Shown here: piece by piece, positions 28,134 to 37,874 of the stretch | Numbering within the stretch: position 1 is the first letter of the stretch | How the letters are laid out: each line of letters begins with the position of its first letter | Origin: Nitrospirota bacterium | GTDB lineage: Bacteria; Nitrospirota; UBA9217 | NCBI GenBank assembly: GCA_963790205.1 | Contig: CAWBNQ010000003.1 | Location: 608,785 to 672,784 of the forward strand | Reading direction: 5' to 3' | DNA length: 64,000 bases | Notes under the pieces: generated by a model | Seen by the model: only the letters and a program-made list of their open reading frames with translations | Databases searched by the model: none | Told to the model about the DNA's origin: nothing | Translations under genes and position numbers: made by a program

Positions 28134-28763
28134 ATGAAGCCGGCTTTGCCATACCGACTGACGCTCATTGTCCTGTGCCTGGCCCTTTCTTCCTGCGCCC
28201 CGGTGTTGAGCAGGGCCATCATGCGGGAGGGGGAGCGCGAGGTGTCTTTCGATGCGCTCCGGGAAAGCCCCGGCAGCTACGCGGGGAAGCTCTATATCCT
28301 CGGGGGGATCATTGTGAAAACGAAATTCACCGAAGCGGGATCTCAGATCGAGGCACTGCACGTGCCGGTGGACGGCCGGGGGTACTTCCGGGAACAGGGC
28401 CGCTCCGAAGGGCGTTTCCTTGCGTTCCTGCCCAGGGACAAAAAGGCGCTTGATCCGGTGGTGTTTCGCCGGGGGAGAAGGGTCACGCTCGCGGGTGTGT
28501 TCACGGCAACGAGGCAAGGCAGGATCGACGAGATGGAGTACACCTACCCCGTTTTCGAGATCAAGCAGATCTATCTCTGGCCGAGGGAGCGGCACTATGC
28601 CGCTCCGCCCTACTATTACGATCCCTGGTTCTACCCCTGGCCGTATTACTACTGGGAGCCATGGTGGAGCTTTTATTATTATTCCGCGCCCGTACCGTCG
28701 CCGATGGTTCCCCGCCGGCTTCCCTCGGCGCAGCCGCCGCCGCACCCGCGGAACGAACGGTAA
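28134..28763 (+). CDS. Slp-family outer-membrane lipoprotein with a Y/W/P-rich C-terminal tail.
   Basis: Lipobox LSSCAP and an Slp-like core (GKLYILGGIIVK ... VTLAGVF). The tail is YYYDPWFYPWPYYYWEPWWSFYYY. Confidence 0.55.
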   Translation: MKPALPYRLTLIVLCLALSSCAPVLSRAIMREGEREVSFDALRESPGSYAGKLYILGGIIVKTKFTEAGSQIEALHVPVDGRGYFREQGRSEGRFLAFLPRDKKALDPVVFRRGRRVTLAGVFTATRQGRIDEMEYTYPVFEIKQIYLWPRERHYAAPPYYYDPWFYPWPYYYWEPWWSFYYYSAPVPSPMVPRRLPSAQPPPHPRNER

Positions 28764-28813
28764 GGGAACACGAGCGAAAGTGAGGACCGCAAGCAGCACG
28801 AAGGAGGCAGAGT

Positions 28814-29659
28814 ATGAAAAGATTCCTGTTGTCGTTTTTTGTCCTGGCCGTCGGTCAGTGGGTTTTCGTTCAGAGCGGTTTGAGCGCCGAAAGCATGGTC
28901 CTGAGGGTCAGCGACGGTAAAATCATCACGTTCGCCGGAATGATCGCCGACGTAAAAAAGGCCGATTTTGTTTTTATCGGCGAGGTGCACGATATCAGGG
29001 AACACCACCGCGACGAGCTTGCCATTATCAGGGCCGTTCATGAATCGGACGCAAAGACGGCCGTGGGTCTCGAGATGTTCCGGGCGGACAGCCAGGGCGT
29101 GCTGAATTCGTGGGTGAGGGGGAAACTGTCCCTGAAGCAGTTTTTACCGGCGTACTATGATAACTGGAAAGAGCCCTGGCTTTTGTATCGCGATATATTC
29201 CAGTACGCGCGGGACCACGAAATTCCTCTTCTCGGTCTCAACGTTCCCGACCGGATTGCCGAAAAAGTGGCGCGCGAGGGTTTTGCCTCCCTTACGCAGG
29301 CAGAAAGAAGACAGCTGCCCCCCGGCATCAGCTGCAATGTGGACCCGACGTACATGGAGTTCATCCGGAGGGCCTATGCCGGACATGCCGCGCATGACCG
29401 CGCTTTCGTGAATTTTTGCGAGGCCCAGATGGTCTGGGACAAGGCCATGGCCTGGCACCTGATAGAGTATGTGAAGAAGAAACCGGGCAGGACCGTCGTG
29501 GTCCTTGCGGGGGTCGGCCATGCGTGGAAGCGGGGGATCCCCGAGCACGTCGGCACGGACTCGAAGTACACCTACCGGGTCGTCTTGCCGCTCATCCCGG
29601 ACCAGATCGACCGGGAAACCGTGACGACGAACGATGCGGATTACGTGCTGCTCGATTAG
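28814..29659 (+). CDS. ChaN-family (Tiki/TraB-like) iron/heme-associated lipoprotein.
   Basis: Signal peptide and the FIGEVHDIREHHRDELAII motif, characteristic of ChaN. Confidence 0.6.
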   Translation: MKRFLLSFFVLAVGQWVFVQSGLSAESMVLRVSDGKIITFAGMIADVKKADFVFIGEVHDIREHHRDELAIIRAVHESDAKTAVGLEMFRADSQGVLNSWVRGKLSLKQFLPAYYDNWKEPWLLYRDIFQYARDHEIPLLGLNVPDRIAEKVAREGFASLTQAERRQLPPGISCNVDPTYMEFIRRAYAGHAAHDRAFVNFCEAQMVWDKAMAWHLIEYVKKKPGRTVVVLAGVGHAWKRGIPEHVGTDSKYTYRVVLPLIPDQIDRETVTTNDADYVLLD

Positions 29660-29767
29660 TCCGGGAATCCCGGTCCGCAGGTTTCTCGGGGGAGCAAGAT
29701 ATGAGAGCAGTTGTCGGTTTTTTCTGACCGCGCCTTTGGAGTTCCCGGCACTGCTTTCGAGCTGATA

Positions 29768-30052
29768 TTATTTGATCTTTTTTATAAACTCATCGATCGG
29801 CAGGGCGGGGAGGGTGACGAGGTGCACCGAGCCCCGTGAGCCGAGCTCTACGGACATTTTCATGACCGTTTCATTGTCAGGCGCCTCGACAAGGTTCAGG
29901 AAATCGTATTGTCCGAGCAGTGCGTACTGCTTCTGGATCTTGACGCCCATGGTTTCGACCTCCCTGTTCACCTCGAGAATCCTTTCCGGTTTCTGCTTGA
30001 TCGTTCTTCGTCCTTCGTCCGTCAGATTGCTCAGGATCACATAGTATGGCAT
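29768..30052 (-). CDS. GYD domain-containing protein.
   Basis: 94 aa with the MPYYVILSNLTDEGRRTIKQKPER pattern typical of the GYD family. Confidence 0.65.
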   Translation of the reverse strand: MPYYVILSNLTDEGRRTIKQKPERILEVNREVETMGVKIQKQYALLGQYDFLNLVEAPDNETVMKMSVELGSRGSVHLVTLPALPIDEFIKKIK

Positions 30053-30156
30053 GGCGTTTCCTCCTTTCCGGTTATGCGGCCGGGTTTTATGATTTTTGGA
30101 ACGACTTTATTAATTATAGCTTTATTTCCAACCCTCCGCGTGATACAGTATGCCCT

Positions 30157-31140
30157 ATGAAAAGTCTCCGGTATGCGACGCTTGCCGTTCTTGTTCTCTC
30201 TGTTCCCGTATTTTTCCTGCCCTGTTCTTCTTTCGCGTTTTCCTTCGAGGGGCCCTTGCAGGTGAAGAACCAATTCCCGATCTTCCTGCCCGTTGACCAG
30301 CCGTACCTGGAGCAGGCATCAACGGAGAGCTCTTTGTCCCTGAGCCTTTCCCATTCCAGTGTTTATGTGGTGAAGGATTCGGCGCAATGGAGCGCGCACC
30401 TTGATATAGAACTGACCGAGCTCGATATCCGTTATAAGAAGGACCTCCCCGGGCTGTTCGAAATCGGCGTTGACGTTCCCCTGGTGCGGGCCACGGCCGG
30501 GTTCATGGACCGGCCGCTTGCGTGGTATCATCGGACCTTCGGTTTCGGGGACTACGGGAGAAGCGCGCGTCCGAATAATGATTTTTTATATGACATAAAA
30601 AAGGACGGCGCTCCCGTTATCGAGGGGGATAACGACAGGGTCGGCTTCGGCGACGTGAGGCTGACGTTGAAGAAGAAGATCATGGGGACCGATCCCGTCC
30701 TCAGCGTCCTGGCCGATCTGGAACTGCCGACCGGAAACGCGCGCGTGGGCTATGGGAACGGCAGCGTCGACACCGGCGTCGCGGTGCTCCTGGACAAGGA
30801 CCTCGGGGCAGAGACGAAGCTTTACGCCAATCTCGGCGCGGTGTTTCCCGGCGACCTGAAGGCGTTTCAGGACATTGGGCTGAATAATTTTTATTACGCG
30901 GGCGCCGGCATCGAGGCCCTGGCCTGGCCGCGCGTGGGCCTGCTGGCCCAGCTCATGGTCCAGACATCGCCGTACCCGCATACCGGCATTTCGCAGATCG
31001 ACGGTACGGGCATGCTTCTCGTGCTCGGGGGCAGATATTACGCGGACAGCGGCAGTTTCGAGTTTTCGCTGACCGAGGACCCGAATACGACCGGCGCGCC
31101 GGATTTCATCCTGAACGGTACGTACAAAAAAAGGTTCTGA
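30157..31140 (+). CDS. Putative outer-membrane beta-barrel protein (DUF3187-like).
   Basis: Signal peptide, alternating amphipathic strands and a C-terminal aromatic residue (F). Confidence 0.4.
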   Translation: MKSLRYATLAVLVLSVPVFFLPCSSFAFSFEGPLQVKNQFPIFLPVDQPYLEQASTESSLSLSLSHSSVYVVKDSAQWSAHLDIELTELDIRYKKDLPGLFEIGVDVPLVRATAGFMDRPLAWYHRTFGFGDYGRSARPNNDFLYDIKKDGAPVIEGDNDRVGFGDVRLTLKKKIMGTDPVLSVLADLELPTGNARVGYGNGSVDTGVAVLLDKDLGAETKLYANLGAVFPGDLKAFQDIGLNNFYYAGAGIEALAWPRVGLLAQLMVQTSPYPHTGISQIDGTGMLLVLGGRYYADSGSFEFSLTEDPNTTGAPDFILNGTYKKRF

Positions 31141-31253
31141 TGGCATGAGGACGCATACCCTGCTCTGCGATTGACAGCCAGGACGTGAAGTTTTACAATA
31201 AAGACTGAAGCATCACGGTCCGAACACTATTCTGAACAGTTAGAGGTGCAGCC

Positions 31254-33173
31254 ATGAAGCAGGCGGTCATGAAACTGGTCTGGCTCCTGATATCGCTGGT
31301 TGCCGCACTATCGATCGCCATCGTCACCGGAATATTCAATCCCGGCGAGAAGGTGAACGCGCTCTGGCTCATAACGGCGGCCGCGTGTTTCTATGTGATC
31401 ACGTATCGCTTCTACGCATCGTTTCTCGCGGCAAAGGTCCTGTCGCTCGATCCGGGTCTCTCGACGCCCGCCCACAATCTCAAGGACGGGGTGGACTATC
31501 ACCCGACGAACCGCTGGGTGCTCTTCGGCCACCACTTCGCCGCCATCGCCGGCGCCGGCCCGCTTATCGGGCCGATGCTTGCGGCCCAGTTCGGCTATCT
31601 GCCGGGCTTTCTCTGGATCCTGATCGGCGCGGCGCTCGGCGGGGCCGTGCACGACATGGTGATCCTCGCCGCATCGGTCAGGAGGCAGGGGCGCTCGCTG
31701 GCCCGGATCGCACAGGACGAGATCGGCCCCGTGGGCGGCCTGGCGGCCTCGTTCGCCATCCTCTTCATCATCATCGTAGCGCTCGCCGGGCTCGGCCTCG
31801 CCGTGGTGAACGCGCTTACCAAAAGCCCGTGGGGCACGTTCACCATCGCGGTCACGATTCCGATCGCGCTCTTTATGGGGCTCTACCTGTACCGCATCAG
31901 GCCGGGCAGGGTGGGCGAGGTGAGCGCCATCGGGTTCGTCCTGCTCTTGGCCGCGGTCGTCATCGGCCGCTTCATTCCCGGCTCGTTCCTCGAACCGCTC
32001 TTCAGCCTTACGAAAAACCAGCTCGTGGTGTCCATCGCGGTGTACGGTTTCATCGCCTCGGTGCTGCCGGTCTGGATGCTGCTCTGTCCGCGCGACTACC
32101 TGTCCACCTATATGAAGATCGGCACGGTCATGCTCCTCGCCGTCGGGGTGGTCTTCATCGCCCCGGTCCTCCAGATGCCGGCGGTCACGCGGTTCGTTCA
32201 CGGCGGAGGGCCGGTCATCCCCGGCAGGCTCTTCCCCTTCATGTTCATCACGATCGCCTGCGGCGCCATATCCGGCTTCCACGCCCTGATCTCCTCCGGC
32301 ACCACGCCGAAGATGATCATGTCCGAACGCGACATCCGCGTCATCGGCTTCGGCGCCATGCTGACGGAAGGCTTCGTGGCCATGATGGCGCTCATCGCGG
32401 CAACGGTGCTCATCCCGGGAGACTATTTCGCGATCAACAGCACGCTGTCGTCCGATGCGCTTGCCGCTCTCGGTTTTCCCGCAGGCAGGGTCGCGGAGCT
32501 CTCCGCCATGGTCGGGACCAATGTCGCGGGCAGGCCCGGCGGCGCGGTCTCGCTCGCCGTGGGCATGGCCTCGATCCTCTCCGGCATCCCGGGCATGAAG
32601 GAGCTCATGGCGTACTGGTACAACTTCGCGCTCATGTTCGAGGCGCTCTTTATCCTCACGACGGTCGACACCGGCACGCGCGTTGCGCGCTTCCTCCTGC
32701 AGGAACTCGGGAGCCGCGTGTATGCGCCCCTCGGCCGCCAGCGGTGGATGCCGGGCATCATCGCGACGAGCCTTCTCGTCGTGGCTGCCTGGGCGTATCT
32801 CATCCACTCGGGGAGCATTTCCACGATCTGGCCCATGTTCGGCGTGTCGAACCAGCTCCTCTCCGCCATCGCCTTCGGCGTGGGCACGACGGTCATCATC
32901 AAGTCCGGCAAGGCGAAATACGCCTGGACCACCTTTATCCCCATGGTCTTCATGTTCGCCACCACGCTCACGGCCTCCTGGGAACTCATCGGGATGTTCA
33001 GGGACAAGACGGCGAAGGCCGCGAACGCCGCCGAAGCGTTCAGCTTCACGGCCGATGCGTTCCTCGTGTTCCTGATGGCGGCCCTCGCCGTCATTTCACT
33101 CGCAGACATGCTCCATACGTGGTACGGATATCTCTCATCGACCCGGAAAGCGTCCGCGGGCCGGGCCCTCTGA
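31254..33173 (+). CDS. cstA: Carbon starvation protein A (CstA-family peptide/pyruvate transporter).
   Basis: 639 aa with multiple TM helices. CstA signature HHFAAIAGAGPLIGPMLAAQFGYLPG. Confidence 0.9.
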   Translation: MKQAVMKLVWLLISLVAALSIAIVTGIFNPGEKVNALWLITAAACFYVITYRFYASFLAAKVLSLDPGLSTPAHNLKDGVDYHPTNRWVLFGHHFAAIAGAGPLIGPMLAAQFGYLPGFLWILIGAALGGAVHDMVILAASVRRQGRSLARIAQDEIGPVGGLAASFAILFIIIVALAGLGLAVVNALTKSPWGTFTIAVTIPIALFMGLYLYRIRPGRVGEVSAIGFVLLLAAVVIGRFIPGSFLEPLFSLTKNQLVVSIAVYGFIASVLPVWMLLCPRDYLSTYMKIGTVMLLAVGVVFIAPVLQMPAVTRFVHGGGPVIPGRLFPFMFITIACGAISGFHALISSGTTPKMIMSERDIRVIGFGAMLTEGFVAMMALIAATVLIPGDYFAINSTLSSDALAALGFPAGRVAELSAMVGTNVAGRPGGAVSLAVGMASILSGIPGMKELMAYWYNFALMFEALFILTTVDTGTRVARFLLQELGSRVYAPLGRQRWMPGIIATSLLVVAAWAYLIHSGSISTIWPMFGVSNQLLSAIAFGVGTTVIIKSGKAKYAWTTFIPMVFMFATTLTASWELIGMFRDKTAKAANAAEAFSFTADAFLVFLMAALAVISLADMLHTWYGYLSSTRKASAGRAL

Positions 33174-33523
33174 CGGACGTGCCGGGCAATTTTTGTTTTT
33201 TCTTGATTTCATCGCGCCAGTATGTTATAGAATGATCAGGAGCGCTCATGGGTGAGCGCAGCAGGTGGAAGCATGAAGCCGGCAACGGAAAAAAAGAGGA
33301 AACAGCGGCCATCCGCCGCGATGACGCTGAAGCCCCCCTGCGGCACGCTGTCGTATCTCGCCGAATGCCGCGGCGCCCCGCAGAAAGCCGAAACGTTCCG
33401 GGGACAGGGGCCGGCGGTGGACTTCATGAACAGGACCGTGAGAAAATATGCCGCCGAGAGATGAAGCTGACGGTTTTTTTGTCCTCCGGCCCTCCCGCCG
33501 CATGAAGAGGGAAGGAGCGCGTC

Positions 33524-33712
33524 GTGTGTGATCTCAAGGCCTATGTAAGAAAAAACGAAAAGGAAGAACTGTTTCTCGAATCAGTCAATCTGGTGCGCGC
33601 CGAGGGTGAAGAAGTGATCGTGAGGAACCTTTTCGGAGAGGAAAAACGCGTTCGCGGCGCGCTGAAAGAGGTCTCGCTCGCGAGGAACCGTATCCTCGTG
33701 GAGCAGGCCTGA
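33524..33712 (+). CDS. CooT-like small protein (possible nickel-binding CooT family).
   Basis: 62 aa starting MC, with a CooT-like beta pattern (VIVRNLFGEEKRV...KEVSL). Confidence 0.4.
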   Translation: MCDLKAYVRKNEKEELFLESVNLVRAEGEEVIVRNLFGEEKRVRGALKEVSLARNRILVEQA

Positions 33713-33728
33713 GGGGTCTGTACCTGAT

Positions 33729-34055
33729 ATGCATATCGTATCCGTGGCATCCATTGTTTTTGTCCTGAATCTTCCCTTCGGCTACTGGCGGTCCAATGTG
33801 AGGAAGTTCTCGCGCCCCTGGTTCCTCTCGGTGCACGCGCCCGTGCCCGTGGTGATAGCCCTGCGCGTGCTTTCCGGCCTGGGCTGGCAATTGATCACCT
33901 TCCCGATCATGCTCGGGGCATTTTTCGGCGGGCAATTCGCCGGCGGCGGGCTCCATCGTTTGCTCAGCAACCGGCCCGGGTCTCCGGTCAGTTCCTGTCT
34001 GGTCCGGGACCTTATGGGCAGTAAGCCAAAAGGCCCGGGAGCCGGTCCGGAGTAA
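33729..34055 (+). CDS. Hypothetical membrane protein.
   Basis: Three TM segments. Confidence 0.3.
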   Translation: MHIVSVASIVFVLNLPFGYWRSNVRKFSRPWFLSVHAPVPVVIALRVLSGLGWQLITFPIMLGAFFGGQFAGGGLHRLLSNRPGSPVSSCLVRDLMGSKPKGPGAGPE

Positions 34056-34472
34056 ACGGGAGGACGGATTCCGCTGTCTATTATTTTCTTACCTTCGAAA
34101 CCCTCATCTCATTCTTGCGCTTGATCCTGTTTTTCGATGCTCGTTGACAACCAGTGCGGATACGTAGATCAGCCGGATCCGGGAGCAGGATGGCGAAGCT
34201 GCAAAAGCAGGCAACCATGGCCGCCATGCGGAGCGGCAGGTCCTGCGGGGCCTGCCACAACGGGCAAAAGGCTTTCTCTGGAGAAGCGAACTATAACCGG
34301 TGCCATGGATAAAAGACCGGGTAGTACGGCTTGGACGGCTCTCAGTTAATCGGGAGACGGCCTGTGCGCGACATTCAACCGCACAAGGGGCCCACGAACG
34401 CGGAAAAGCCGCGATCGGGACGGTCAATCTTGACGGCACAAAAAGACATTGGCAGGGTGACGGCCTCGTCTT

Positions 34473-34856
34473 ATGCAGGACCATGAAATGAAAGCCATGC
34501 TCATCGAGTACATGGGCAAGGGTTTCCTCGACAACATTATTGCGCTGTTCAGGCAGGACCGCTCGCTTTTCCGGTTCGTCGCCGATATGCTTGTTGACGA
34601 GAATCTGCGGGTAAGGCTCGGGACCGTCGCCCTGGTCGAAGAGCTGGCCGCGGAACGCGGAAGCGGGCTCCGGGCGGCAGTGCCGGGGCTCATAGAACTT
34701 TTAAAACACGACAATCCTACCATCCGGGGAGACGCGGCCTCGGTGCTCGGGACCATCAAAGACCGGTCCGTGCGCGCGGCGCTCGAGGCCTGTTTGCAGG
34801 ACAGCCATCCCGGCGTGCGCGAAGCGGCGCGCGATGCGCTCGCGGACATTGGCTGA
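34473..34856 (+). CDS. HEAT/PBS-lyase repeat protein.
   Basis: Repeated LxxLLxDxNxxVRxxAAxALGxIG motifs. Confidence 0.55.
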   Translation: MQDHEMKAMLIEYMGKGFLDNIIALFRQDRSLFRFVADMLVDENLRVRLGTVALVEELAAERGSGLRAAVPGLIELLKHDNPTIRGDAASVLGTIKDRSVRAALEACLQDSHPGVREAARDALADIG

Positions 34857-34884
34857 AGGGAGAGAGCGAAGGCTGTGCGTTACG

Positions 34885-35115
34885 TTAAGGCGCCCTCATG
34901 TTCCTCACTTTGTCGGCAACGAGGACGCCGAAGAGAAAAAGCGTGCCGGTAATGCCGATGAGGGTCAGGAGAAAATAAAACGCTTTCTTCGGCCGTGAAT
35001 AATTTGTTTTTCTGATCGAGCGAAAATAGACCAGGAAGCTGAAGCCCAGCCCGAAGAGGAAACCGACCTGTTCTATCATGCGGCCATCATATCCCACCAC
35101 GTGCCTGCCTGTCAA
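34885..35115 (-). CDS. Small membrane protein, hypothetical.
   Basis: 76 aa with two TM helices. Confidence 0.3.
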   Translation of the reverse strand: MTGRHVVGYDGRMIEQVGFLFGLGFSFLVYFRSIRKTNYSRPKKAFYFLLTLIGITGTLFLFGVLVADKVRNMRAP

Positions 35116-35190
35116 CCCGGCAGCGCTGCCGGACGTTATCAGGATTATTTATTTGACACTAGGCCGGTCCTCAATTAATATTCATTTATC

Positions 35191-35502
35191 ATGACGCATG
35201 ATCGCGATGATGCCGATGATGAGGGCTGGGAGTACGGCGATATCTGGAAGCGGGGTTCTCCTGACGAGAAAACTCCCGAGGAAAATATTGACTACGTCGA
35301 GATCTTGCGCGGCGACACGGGCCGAGGGTATGACGATTCCGTCATGATCGACCTCTTGGGGTACCTGGGGTCAAGGGGGCTCCGCGCAACTTATGATTCC
35401 TTCTCCCTGGGGGCGGAAGTCGGCGCAATGAAGACGTATGTGCTCAAGGTAGAATCGGGAAAAGAGGATGAGGCGCTCGCGTATTTGAAAGAAAAGAGGT
35501 AG
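35191..35502 (+). CDS. Hypothetical acidic protein.
   Basis: ORF only. Confidence 0.3.
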   Translation: MTHDRDDADDEGWEYGDIWKRGSPDEKTPEENIDYVEILRGDTGRGYDDSVMIDLLGYLGSRGLRATYDSFSLGAEVGAMKTYVLKVESGKEDEALAYLKEKR

Positions 35503-35571
35503 GGTAGAATTGGAACGGGCAGGTATGATGCCCGCCCCTCCCTTGTAATTTATCTGATAAAGGAGCGGAAC

Positions 35572-36045
35572 ATGGCGGAAGAACAGGAAGTCAAGGCATT
35601 AGACGAATCGCTCGAAGGGTACAAGTCGAAGATCCAGCAGGTGAACAAAGCGACGCTCACCTGGGACAAGGACCTTATCTTCATCGGTCGCACGGCCCGC
35701 GGCTACGAGGTAGAGTACGACGCGCAGCAGCAGTGGGGCTGCTCGCCGACGGAGACGCTTCTCCTGAGCGTGGCGGGGTGCATGGGGATCGATATGGTAT
35801 CGTTCCTTAAAAAGATGAAATGTGAAATCAAGGCATATAAGATGGACATTGTAGGCGAGAGGAACCCGACGCCACCCCAGTATTACACCGCCATCGAAAT
35901 GATCATTTCCGTCACGGGCACGGAGTTAACCGCCAAAAAAATCGAGCGGGCGATCTCGCTTTCTCACGATAAGTATTGTTCCGTATATCACTCGCTCAGA
36001 AAAGACATGAAGGTCAAAGTGGATTATACGTTCGAGAACGTGTAA
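35572..36045 (+). CDS. OsmC/Ohr-family peroxiredoxin-like protein.
   Basis: Conserved Cys pair (GCSPTE ... VAGCMGID) at OsmC spacing. Confidence 0.7.
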   Translation: MAEEQEVKALDESLEGYKSKIQQVNKATLTWDKDLIFIGRTARGYEVEYDAQQQWGCSPTETLLLSVAGCMGIDMVSFLKKMKCEIKAYKMDIVGERNPTPPQYYTAIEMIISVTGTELTAKKIERAISLSHDKYCSVYHSLRKDMKVKVDYTFENV

Positions 36046-36123
36046 CGCCTGCGCGTAATGACGGCATAAAAGACTTTTTATGAGACCGTCAAGTTTTCAA
36101 TTTACAATTTCCACTGATCCCGT

Positions 36124-37257
36124 ATGCCTATGGCCACCGTGCGGCTCCTGAGAAACGGCATTGAAGCCTTCCCCGCGATGTTCGAAGCCATTGACCGTGC
36201 GCAGTCATCCGTCGCTGTCGAGATGTATACCGTGGCCGATGACGAGACGGCGCGGGAATTCCGCGCCCGCCTGGTGAAGGCGGCGGGACGGGGAGTGCGC
36301 GTTATGGTCCTTGTGGACGCCTGGGGTTCGTGGGACCTGCCGGACTCGTTCTGGGATGTACTCCGCATCGCCGGCGGCATGGTACGCTGGTTCCATCCGA
36401 TTGCCCGGGGACTACTCCCGTTCCGCAATCACCGGAAGCTGCTGCTCGTTGACGACCGCACTGCCTACATCGGCGGGATGAACATCGCGGACGAATATTA
36501 CCGCGGAGCGGGCGGGTTGGCTCCCTGGCGGGACAACGTCCTCGAGATCTCGGGGATGGAGGTCGCAAGGCTCAGGCGGTCATTCAAGAGGATGTGGGCT
36601 AGGGCGGATGCGCCGTTCCGCAGGCTTTTTCTCCGCTTGCGCCGGTTGCGCGTCGCCCGCCGCATTGATCACGACGCCCTGCGGTTCCTTGAAAACGGGC
36701 CTGAGGACCCAATGAGGCCGGTGCGCAGGGCCTACCGGCAGTTGGTCCAAAGCGCGGCGAGGAGCATCGACCTCGCCATGGGCTACTTCTATCCCCATGG
36801 AAGGATGATGCGGATCCTTAAGCGCGCGGTGAAGCGCGGAGTGCGAGTACGTCTCCTGTTCCCGCAGAAAACCGATGTGCCGATAGCGCGTTGGGCGGCA
36901 CGGGGGCTCTACGGCAGACTGCTGCGCGCCGGCATCGAGGTCTGGGAATACCTGCCGACGATGATGCACGCCAAGCTCGCGATCGCGGACGATACGGTGA
37001 TTGCCGGGTCCGCGAACCTGGATATCCGGAGCGGCAGCATCAACTATGAGCTGGTGGCGGTCGTGACCGACCCGTTGCTGGCGGCGAGGGCGCGGTCGGA
37101 TTTCGAGGATGACCTCAAACAGGCGGTGCGGATACGCTTTGAAGACTGGAGAAAGCGGCCGCTGATCCAGAAACTCAAGGAACGCTTCAGCTACTGCCTG
37201 CTCGCACGAGCTGACATATTTTTTGCCCGGGCAGGGCTGACCAGAAAAATGCGGTAA
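36124..37257 (+). CDS. Phospholipase D-family protein (cardiolipin synthase ClsB-like).
   Basis: Two HKD motifs: HRKLLLVDD and HAKLAIADD. Confidence 0.8.
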   Translation: MPMATVRLLRNGIEAFPAMFEAIDRAQSSVAVEMYTVADDETAREFRARLVKAAGRGVRVMVLVDAWGSWDLPDSFWDVLRIAGGMVRWFHPIARGLLPFRNHRKLLLVDDRTAYIGGMNIADEYYRGAGGLAPWRDNVLEISGMEVARLRRSFKRMWARADAPFRRLFLRLRRLRVARRIDHDALRFLENGPEDPMRPVRRAYRQLVQSAARSIDLAMGYFYPHGRMMRILKRAVKRGVRVRLLFPQKTDVPIARWAARGLYGRLLRAGIEVWEYLPTMMHAKLAIADDTVIAGSANLDIRSGSINYELVAVVTDPLLAARARSDFEDDLKQAVRIRFEDWRKRPLIQKLKERFSYCLLARADIFFARAGLTRKMR

Positions 37258-37450
37258 CCTGCCGCAACGCAGAATGCATTATCCGCCCCGAAGCCTTTTC
37301 GTTGTTGCAAACGACCCTCTGTCGTCGTATACTGTTCAATAGAAAAATAAATCGATTACCTCAACCGTTCAGAAGGACGAATGACGTTCGTGCGCGAGTT
37401 TCATGATGTGGTTCTCTGCGTGGTGTATGGAGGATTAAACGGAGGTTGTT

Positions 37451-37756
37451 ATGATGGATACGGCAAATTGGAAGGTTACCGAGGCCCCGACCTGCCCGCA
37501 CTGCAACGCGGTCATGGAGCAGATGGATTCGCGCTACCTGGACTGGGAATCACCCTACCTCTGGGTTTGCTACAATAACGAATGCAAGCTGTTCAAAAAG
37601 GGCTGGGAACACATGATGGAGACCGTCGGCCAGCTCGTGTCCTACCGGTTCATGATCCATCCCCAGAACGGGGAAAAGGGGGTGATCCCGTCCTTCAGCA
37701 AGGATTACCTTGAGAAGAGCGGGAAGCCGAGGAACCCGAACTACGATGAAGAGTAA
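37451..37756 (+). CDS. Hypothetical protein with a CxxC...CxxC zinc-ribbon-like motif.
   Basis: CPHC ... CYNNEC. Confidence 0.3.
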   Translation: MMDTANWKVTEAPTCPHCNAVMEQMDSRYLDWESPYLWVCYNNECKLFKKGWEHMMETVGQLVSYRFMIHPQNGEKGVIPSFSKDYLEKSGKPRNPNYDEE

Positions 37757-37777
37757 ACCGGGGAGACCTTAATTATT

Positions 37778-37809
37778 CCGGGGATGCGAACACATTCCCG
37801 GTTTTTTTT
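37778..37809 (+). terminator. Rho-independent terminator: CCGGGGA/TCCCGG stem followed by T8.
   Basis: Read directly. It lies between convergent genes. Confidence 0.55.
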
Positions 37810-37874
37810 GGTAAAACAGATGAGTAAAATAGCATTGGGATCCCTGGGGAGTGACGTGCTGCAGGCTCTTGTTT

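Noticed and set aside
31308-33235. Long ORFs (499 aa and 616 aa) overlapping cstA in other frames.
   Set aside because: They are R/H/G/D-rich translations of GC-rich DNA. CstA in frame 31254..33173 has a clear family match.
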